From NCBI GenBank assembly GCA_963710755.1, contig CAVQBK010000003.1, positions 416,001-480,000 on the forward strand: a stretch of 64,000 nt of DNA, read 5' to 3'. This DNA is from an uncultured bacterium (GTDB taxonomy: Bacteria; Oederibacteriota; JAAXVQ01; JAUVAV01). Under the pieces are notes generated by a model. It worked only from the letters and a program-made list of their open reading frames with translations. It did not search any database and was not told the origin of the DNA. Position 1 is the first letter of the stretch. Each line of letters starts with the position of its first letter. This document shows, one piece after another, positions 57,363 through 64,000 of this stretch. The translations under genes and the position numbers were made by a program.

Positions 57363-58349
57363 ATGATGAAAAAAATTGGATTATTAAGCTTGCTGGTTTT
57401 GCTCACGTTCAGTCTGGCCCAGGCCGACATTCCTAAGATTATTCATTTTCAAGGCCGGTTGACTGACCTGAGTGGTGTTCCCATAAGCGAGGGCGGTCAT
57501 GGCATTACGTTTAATCTTTGGGATGCCGAAACCGGGGGGAACCTCTTATGGACAGGGAATTATACGGTATCGACCAAAAGCGGCTACTACAGTATAGATC
57601 TTGGTGACAGCCCTAGTCCTTTTCCGGCGGCCATGACGTTTGATCAACCTTATTATCTGGATCTGCAAGTTGGAGGAGATCCTGATGTATTAAGCCCCCG
57701 TATCAAACTGGACAGTGCAGCCTATGCCATGAATGTTGCCGACAATGCCATTGTGACTACCAAGCTCAAAGACGGCGCCGTGACGGAGGCTAAACTGGCC
57801 GACAGCGCCGTGACCACTGCCAAACTGGACGACAGCGCCGTAACCAACGCTAAACTTGCCTATCATGCTATTACGGCAGACAAGATGGAGAACAGTGCGG
57901 TCATTACCGACAAAATTGCCGACAATGCCGTGACCACAACCAAGGTAGCCGACAGTGCGGTCACCAATGCCAAACTTGCCGCGGGCGCGGTGACGGGAAG
58001 TAAAATTACGGACGGGTCGGTAACCGCAACCAAAATTGCCAATGGTGCTGTGAATTCTCAAGCCAAAGCACCTTATGCGCCAGAAGTTTATTTTAATGGT
58101 ACCAGGACACCTAATATTAAAATACTTACCGGATCAAGCGGGACTAATGCTTCAGGATATGAAAAAGTCAATTTTCCAACAAACTTTTTTAGCACGCCGC
58201 CAAGAGTTTTTTTTACGGCCAGTAACAACACTTATTTAGTAGCGATGGATCTGCAAAGTGTTACCAAAGATTATTTTGAAGTTTGGTCAAGATATATGAA
58301 CAGTCAAGCATTTCCAACGAGTTATCAGTGGATGGCCATCGGATATTAG
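57363..58349 (+). CDS. Exported fibre/adhesin-like protein with 10-aa repeats
   Basis: Signal peptide (AQA-D); FQGRLTD..G N-domain; about 10 repeats of D(S/N/G)AVT.AK(L/I)A; C-terminal V.F...F...P.V ... YQWMAIG domain. Confidence 0.8.
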   Translation: MMKKIGLLSLLVLLTFSLAQADIPKIIHFQGRLTDLSGVPISEGGHGITFNLWDAETGGNLLWTGNYTVSTKSGYYSIDLGDSPSPFPAAMTFDQPYYLDLQVGGDPDVLSPRIKLDSAAYAMNVADNAIVTTKLKDGAVTEAKLADSAVTTAKLDDSAVTNAKLAYHAITADKMENSAVITDKIADNAVTTTKVADSAVTNAKLAAGAVTGSKITDGSVTATKIANGAVNSQAKAPYAPEVYFNGTRTPNIKILTGSSGTNASGYEKVNFPTNFFSTPPRVFFTASNNTYLVAMDLQSVTKDYFEVWSRYMNSQAFPTSYQWMAIGY

Positions 58350-58385
58350 AGCTATTTATAACCTGTTTTTGATGGGATCACCATA

Positions 58386-60002
58386 ATGGATACTCAATTT
58401 AAAATTGATCGGTTTGGGCAAAGAGACTGGCTCTGGGTGGGGTTGTTTTTTATTGCCGTCTGGGTAGGCATGTTTTGGACAAGTGGCTTATACCATGGCG
58501 GCTTTAATTACTTTTTAGATGATCATTTGCTGGTTTCTATTTATGCCAAGTTAACCTCATGGAAAGCGACCTTAATCGATCCATTTTCCACCTTGTTTCA
58601 AGCCGGGCATGACCGTTTCCGGCCCATGTACTTTGTGTTTTTGCATATCTTTACTAAACTCTATGGATTAAATCCCTTTATTTGGTATTTATCGTCCAGC
58701 CTTATCGCTGTCATCACATCTTTGGTTTTTTATGCTTTTGCCCGCAGAATCAATTTTTCTATGCTCAATTCGCTTATTTTTACATTACTGATCATGATGG
58801 GTTACCAAGCGTCAACCTATGCACGATTCGGCACGCCTGAAACGACTGCGACCTTGCTTCTGGGATTGGCTTTTTTGTTTTCAACTGGTAAATACAGGTT
58901 GAATTCTTCAAAAATAACCACAACCATTTTGGTGATTTTATTTGCTGCCTTGGCTGCCTTGAATAAGGAAGCCTGTATTCTCATGTTACCAGCTTTGGCG
59001 GTTTTTAAGTTATGGAACAGCATTAGAGATAAAAATAACAATTTGGTGACGGCGTGGAAAGAAAGCAAGGCTATTGTTGTTGGTTTGCTGGTTTTATTTG
59101 TTGTTTTAGTAGTTTACATCAAGGTTATGGCCATATCAGGTCCGGGTTATGCAGGAATTTCAAAGGAAACATTTGCCCTTCACAATATTATAAAAGTAAT
59201 AAAATCCATGGTTAGAAAGACTAGTTTCGGAATGGCCATCATTGCCAACGGCTACTTATGGTGGCATCTAATGAGATCAAAAAAACGGATTAGTGCTGAT
59301 CTTATTGGATTTTATATAACCTGTATTTTAATTATTGTCCCTCAATGGATTATTTATTCCAAGTCGGGATTTCAAGATCATTATTTCTTTCCCATCATCA
59401 TTGGTATTGCACTGTTGACAGTTTACCCTCTTCATTTAATACGACAAATTAATAAATGGCTTTTTAATACCATGATCATCCTATTGGCATTGTTCGTTGG
59501 CATCCAGGCGCAATGGACTTTTGGCTATTTTAAACGTGTAGCCAATGAAACCGTTCAGCAAAAAATGATGATAAAAGACATAGCTAAGAATGTTGACCAA
59601 AAAGGTAAAATTATTATTTTCGGAAATCCTTACGTCCATAACGAGAAACTGTTTGGATTCAAAACCATATTTTCAGACATTCTAAAAAGAAAAAATGTCT
59701 ATTTGGCAACACTTAGTTCAAAGGATAAACAGTTCAAAACATTTAGTTTGGCCAAGGAAGAATTGCCTTGGCTCTATCTTGGTCGGGCACCGCTTGTTGA
59801 AAGATATAATCATCAAACAATTGATGCTTTAAAGGCCGATGACCTGTCCGATGTGGAGGCTATTATCGTACTATCTCCCCGGGAGCTCCGGCAGGATGTG
59901 CTGTCAAATATTAATCAGTGGTTTAACTCAGCGCAGTATTTTTATAAAGACTATCCTGAAAATGATGTCGGCATTTACTTTAAAAAATCCTCCCCTAATT
60001 AA
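58386..60002 (+). CDS. Polytopic membrane protein, GT-C/glucosyltransferase-like
   Basis: N-terminal TM followed by LDD, RFRP, KE motifs; about 10 TM helices; AT-rich. Confidence 0.65.
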   Translation: MDTQFKIDRFGQRDWLWVGLFFIAVWVGMFWTSGLYHGGFNYFLDDHLLVSIYAKLTSWKATLIDPFSTLFQAGHDRFRPMYFVFLHIFTKLYGLNPFIWYLSSSLIAVITSLVFYAFARRINFSMLNSLIFTLLIMMGYQASTYARFGTPETTATLLLGLAFLFSTGKYRLNSSKITTTILVILFAALAALNKEACILMLPALAVFKLWNSIRDKNNNLVTAWKESKAIVVGLLVLFVVLVVYIKVMAISGPGYAGISKETFALHNIIKVIKSMVRKTSFGMAIIANGYLWWHLMRSKKRISADLIGFYITCILIIVPQWIIYSKSGFQDHYFFPIIIGIALLTVYPLHLIRQINKWLFNTMIILLALFVGIQAQWTFGYFKRVANETVQQKMMIKDIAKNVDQKGKIIIFGNPYVHNEKLFGFKTIFSDILKRKNVYLATLSSKDKQFKTFSLAKEELPWLYLGRAPLVERYNHQTIDALKADDLSDVEAIIVLSPRELRQDVLSNINQWFNSAQYFYKDYPENDVGIYFKKSSPN

Positions 60003-60077
60003 TTTCTCGTCGGAAAAAATAATACTAGTTGCCCCAATAGGTTTAGCCAAGTTCAACTTCGTCTTTACGATTCAGCA

Positions 60078-60106
60078 TTGACATGACCAGGGTTAACCTT
60101 CACAAT
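60078..60106 (+). promoter_or_regulatory. Putative sigma70 promoter
   Basis: TTGACA-N17-CACAAT upstream of the usp genes. Confidence 0.5.
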
Positions 60107-60168
60107 AAGCACGCCGGGGGTGAGTCAGGCCTGCGGCCTTGTAGCGACCAAACCAGCATGAAGGAGCA

Positions 60169-61101
60169 ATGGCGATGAAACGGTTCAAAAACATTCTTTG
60201 TTATTTCAACAAAAAAGACGATAAGGTGGCGCTGCGCATGGCTTTTCATCTGGCTAAAGAAAACCAGGCCAAGTTGACGCTCATCGATATTGCCGATCAT
60301 CTTCCACCGGAATGCGACTATGAAGTGCCCTCTACGGACAAGCGTAAGTCTACACCGCCGCTGCATTGCCAGGAATACTTGGACATGGTAATCAAGCCTT
60401 ATCAGAATCAAGGGGTGCCGATTAAAACCCAGATCGTGAAAGGCATTCCTATCATCAAGCTGGTCAAGGCTGTCAAAAAATCCCGCTATGATCTGGTGGT
60501 GACCAGCACCATCGGTCTTCCTCTGCGCGGTCTTTTCTGGGATAGTATGGCCTTGAAGTTGATCCGCAAGTGCCCGGTGCCGGTCTGGATCATTCGTTCC
60601 CAAGCCGGTAAAACCTTTAAACACATCCTGGCGGCTGTGGATTTGGCGGAGGATAAAAAGACCAAGGCGCTCAATAAAAAAATTATGGAAATGGCATCCT
60701 CTCTGGCGCTTATGCACCAGGGACACCTGACTGTGGTCCATGGCTGGCAGGCGGAAAGGGAGCTCAACCTGATCACCTGGCATTCGCCCATCGATAAAGA
60801 TGAATATAAACGCATCAAAACAGAGATGAAAAAGGCCAAGACCGAGCAGCTGCATGAACTGGTAAAGCTTTACCACCGGAAAGGGCTGACCATCACCGCC
60901 AAGCTGGTGGAGAACAAAGGCGCCCTGGCCATTGTGGATACAGCCGAAGAGATCAAAGCGGATTTAACCGTCATGGGTACGGTGCACCGCACGGGCATTG
61001 CCGGGTTATTGATGGGCAGTACGGCCGAGGAAGCTTTACCGTTGCTTAAAAGTTCTCTGCTGGCCATCAAACCGGAAGGGTTCCAATCACCTATTGTCTA
61101 A
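60169..61101 (+). CDS. Universal stress protein (tandem USP, UspE-like)
   Basis: LIRKCPVPVW, ILAAVD, DLTVMGTVHRTG..G.LMGSTAE. Confidence 0.92.
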   Translation: MAMKRFKNILCYFNKKDDKVALRMAFHLAKENQAKLTLIDIADHLPPECDYEVPSTDKRKSTPPLHCQEYLDMVIKPYQNQGVPIKTQIVKGIPIIKLVKAVKKSRYDLVVTSTIGLPLRGLFWDSMALKLIRKCPVPVWIIRSQAGKTFKHILAAVDLAEDKKTKALNKKIMEMASSLALMHQGHLTVVHGWQAERELNLITWHSPIDKDEYKRIKTEMKKAKTEQLHELVKLYHRKGLTITAKLVENKGALAIVDTAEEIKADLTVMGTVHRTGIAGLLMGSTAEEALPLLKSSLLAIKPEGFQSPIV

Positions 61102-61157
61102 GCCGGCAATTCCTCTGCTGAGCATCCGGCCCTGCCTGGCCCGGAAAGGATGGCGTT

Positions 61158-62309
61158 ATGAAACTCTTGAAGAAATTGTTGGTTTCCATTGATTTTAGCG
61201 ACCAGTCCCAGGACGTAGTCAACCAGGCCGGGCGTTTGGCCAAACTTTTCAAATCTCAGCTTATTTTGCTGCATGTGGTGCCCACCGCGATCAGCAAGGC
61301 GTGCGATCTTGACAATTTGCTCCAACCTGCGACTCAGGCGCTGGAGGACGTCCGGCGCCGTTTGCAACAAGAGGGTGCTGAAATCGAGGCCAGCCATGTG
61401 ATCTGTGCCGAGCCTTTTGAGGAGATCATCAATCAGGCGGAACGGTACCGGGCCAACCTTATTCTGATGGGCGGCAAAGATTATGAACCGGACGGTGACA
61501 CCGGTGTGGGCGTGACCACTTGGCGGGTCATTCGTAAGAGTCAAAAACCGGTGTGGGTGGTCAAACCAAAAAATGCACATCCACTTTCCTCCATTTTATG
61601 CGCCGTTGATTATTCCGAAGCCTCCCAAAGGGCTTTGAAAAGCGCGCTCACCCTGGCCCGCACCAGCGGTGCCAAACTGCACGTCCTTCATGTCAATGAT
61701 AACAATCATCAGTTACCCGGGCATTATGAACCTCTTACAGCCAAAGAAAAAATCGCGATCAGGCAACAGGTGGTGCAAGATCAGCTGGACGATTTTTTAA
61801 GGAGCTTCGATACCCATCAAGTTCTACTGGAAAAACATTTGATCGCGGGGGACCCCCGTCAGGCCATCATGCATGCTGCGGATTTATTGAAAGCCGATTT
61901 GGTTATGCTGGGCAGCATTGGTCAAAATGAATCTGCCAAACTTCTGCTGGGGGCGGTCGCAGAGGCCGTGGTGAAGACTTCGCCCATCAGTTTCATTACT
62001 TTTAAAAAAGAGCATGCCATTGCCTTGGAAGTGGACAACCTGCTGGTCAGCATCACCGATCATTTTACCCAAGGCAAGGAGCTTTTGGAAAACGGTCTGG
62101 CCGATGAAGCCATTTCTTTTTTCGAACACTGTCTGAATGAGGACAAAATGTTTTTGCCGGCCTGGGAAGGCCTGGCCGAGGCGTATCATCGTATCGGTCA
62201 GCAGGCGGAGGCTCAGAAAGTTCTAGAGACTATTGATGCCCTCAAAAAGCGCTTCTGGGAAAAAAGAGTGGAGTTTGAGTTAAAGCACCGATTTTGGAAA
62301 AAATCCTAA
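61158..62309 (+). CDS. Tandem USP protein with C-terminal TPR
   Basis: LVSIDFS and LCAVDYS USP starts, LGAVAE; TPR-like G..L...G...EA...F..AW..LA.AY...G...EA. Confidence 0.85.
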   Translation: MKLLKKLLVSIDFSDQSQDVVNQAGRLAKLFKSQLILLHVVPTAISKACDLDNLLQPATQALEDVRRRLQQEGAEIEASHVICAEPFEEIINQAERYRANLILMGGKDYEPDGDTGVGVTTWRVIRKSQKPVWVVKPKNAHPLSSILCAVDYSEASQRALKSALTLARTSGAKLHVLHVNDNNHQLPGHYEPLTAKEKIAIRQQVVQDQLDDFLRSFDTHQVLLEKHLIAGDPRQAIMHAADLLKADLVMLGSIGQNESAKLLLGAVAEAVVKTSPISFITFKKEHAIALEVDNLLVSITDHFTQGKELLENGLADEAISFFEHCLNEDKMFLPAWEGLAEAYHRIGQQAEAQKVLETIDALKKRFWEKRVEFELKHRFWKKS

Positions 62310-62424
62310 ACCAAAGAACCTAAGCCGGGTCCAACTACAGCCAACGGAAAGGCCCTGTTGACCATAATCACCATCACGGCACGCTTCCTGCTTTACCAAA
62401 ATATACGACAGGAGGTATAGTCCC

Positions 62425-64000
62425 ATGGATCAATTATTGGACCGCGCCTGGCACGCCATGGAGTTGCAAGAGGTCATGGCGTTGCTGGAATCCCATCAGG
62501 AGACCGGCCTTTCTATGGTTGAAGTTAAAGGCCGCCTCGAAACCTTTGGCTCCAATACCCTCACTGCCAAAAAAGCCGTCAGCCCCATCAAACGGTTTCT
62601 GCTCCAATTTCACAATCCCTTGGTTTACATTTTGCTCGCTTCAGCAGCCGTGACCGGCGCGCTGCAGGAATGGGTGGACTTTGCCGTCATTCTCGGGGTG
62701 GTGCTGGTCAATGCCGTTATAGGTTATATTCAGGAAGCCAAAGCCGAACAAGCAATTGAAGCCCTGAAACAGGTGGTCTCCACGGAAGCCACGGTTATCC
62801 GTGACGGCGAGACCGAGCGCATCCCTTCCGACGGCCTGGTGCCCGGTGATGTGGTGCTGCTCGAGTCGGGCGATAAAGTGCCGGCCGACCTGCGGCTTTT
62901 CCAAAGTAAGGAACTGCGTGTTTCCGAGAGCGCGCTTACCGGAGAATCGCTGCCCGTGGAAAAAGCCGTTCATCGGGTGGACCAGGAAACCGTGTTGGCC
63001 GATCGCTTTAACATGGCTTATTCCGGCACCTTGGTCTCGTCGGGTCGCGGCCGGGGCATGGTGGTGGCTACCGGTGACCGCACTGAGACCGGACGCATTT
63101 CCAGCCTGATCAATGAAGCCACCAATCTGGAAACCCCGCTCACGCGCAAGATCACCAGCTTCAGCCGCCTGTTGTTATGGGTCATTCTTGGTCTGGCCGG
63201 CATGACCTTGGGCATTGGGCTGTTACGGTCACAACCTTTTGTAGAAGTGTTCATGAGCGCCGTCGCCCTGGCCGTGGGTGCCATTCCCGAAGGCCTGCCC
63301 GCAGCCGTGACCATTACCTTGGCTATAGGCGTCAACCGCATGGCTAAAAAACGGGCTATTATTAGAAAAATGCCGGCAGTAGAGACGTTGGGCAGTACCA
63401 CGGTCATCTGTTCCGACAAGACCGGCACGCTTACCAAAAATGAAATGACCGTACTGGTTTCCTATGCCGGCGGCGAAACCTTCAGCTTTACCGGTACTGG
63501 CTATGACCCGGAAGGGCAGGTACAACAGCATCAGCAAGCCTTGTCCTCAATCAACAACCAAGCATTGCTGGAAACGCTCACAGCCGGTGTGCTCTGCAAT
63601 GACGCCGGCTTAAAAAAAGAACAGGACCTGTGGAAGGTCCAGGGTGATCCCACGGAAGCCGCCTTGCTGGTGAGCGCCCAAAAAGCAGGACTTGAGCGAA
63701 AGGCCTTGTTGATCAAGTTTCCCAGGGTGGATGTAATCCCCTTTGAATCGGAACGGCAATACATGGCCACCTTGCATGATACGGGCAAGGAGCTACCCAA
63801 CCTGATTTATCTCAAAGGCTCGGTGGAAAAAGTGCTGGCCCGCTGTACTGAGGCCTTGTCGCCGCAAGGCAAGTCCATGGACCTGGACCAGGAAGCAGTG
63901 TTGAAGGAAGCCGAAGAAATGGCGGCGCAGGGTCTGCGGGTACTGGCCTTGGCCAAACGCGCCATTGGTAATGAAGAAAAAAGTTTGGAATGCGCCGAGG
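62425..64000 (+). CDS. Cation-transporting P-type ATPase (type II-like), 3'-truncated; not in ORF track
   Basis: AGGAGG RBS, ATG 62425 (MDQLLDRAWH); in-frame LTGES, AIPEGLP, CSDKTGTLT (Asp codon 63415), GDPTE. Confidence 0.95.
   Translation, partial: MDQLLDRAWHAMELQEVMALLESHQETGLSMVEVKGRLETFGSNTLTAKKAVSPIKRFLLQFHNPLVYILLASAAVTGALQEWVDFAVILGVVLVNAVIGYIQEAKAEQAIEALKQVVSTEATVIRDGETERIPSDGLVPGDVVLLESGDKVPADLRLFQSKELRVSESALTGESLPVEKAVHRVDQETVLADRFNMAYSGTLVSSGRGRGMVVATGDRTETGRISSLINEATNLETPLTRKITSFSRLLLWVILGLAGMTLGIGLLRSQPFVEVFMSAVALAVGAIPEGLPAAVTITLAIGVNRMAKKRAIIRKMPAVETLGSTTVICSDKTGTLTKNEMTVLVSYAGGETFSFTGTGYDPEGQVQQHQQALSSINNQALLETLTAGVLCNDAGLKKEQDLWKVQGDPTEAALLVSAQKAGLERKALLIKFPRVDVIPFESERQYMATLHDTGKELPNLIYLKGSVEKVLARCTEALSPQGKSMDLDQEAVLKEAEEMAAQGLRVLALAKRAIGNEEKSLECAE

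Noticed and set aside
57741-58055. 30-bp periodic repeats as CRISPR or DGR template
   Set aside because: Degenerate coding repeats of a 10-aa motif; no reverse transcriptase or adenine-specific variant pair seen.

Overview
64-kb window from a flagellated bacterium with an outer membrane (P/L-ring genes, outer-membrane barrels and OmpA are present). Thr/Pro-rich exported proteins ending in a FlgD-Ig/T9SS-like tail, PorV-like barrels and a giant protein resemble what I recall from uncultured lineages such as candidate division FCPU426 or Omnitrophota/Elusimicrobiota; that placement is inference only. In order: the 3' part of a giant multi-domain gene (>2550 aa); accessory enzymes (methyltransferase, GNATs, MenA-like, epimerase, CPBP protease, DUF2779 nuclease-like protein, GH144-like glucanase); a thiol-redox cluster with an embedded ptsI and an ArsR regulator; a UbiA + DUF2298/PMT glycosylation pair; htpG; a U32 protein; an ECF sigma/anti-sigma locus with two [Thr-rich passenger + PorV-like barrel] modules; dinB; a flagellar cluster (flgFGAH-orf-flgIJ-flgM-like-flgNKL-fliW-csrA-flagellin); a broken AbrB/VapC pair; a fibre-like repeat protein with an AT-rich membrane gene; two USPs; and a P-type ATPase running off the end. 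No rRNA, tRNA, CRISPR array or transposase was seen. Best candidate for an undescribed system: the 37.7-44.7 kb locus, where the anti-sigma factor carries the same C-terminal sorting-like domain as the mucin-like passengers encoded beside PorV-like barrels. Also seen: a shared ArsR-type operator at two loci and three families of dispersed palindromes. All assignments are by-eye motif recognition, not database searches.
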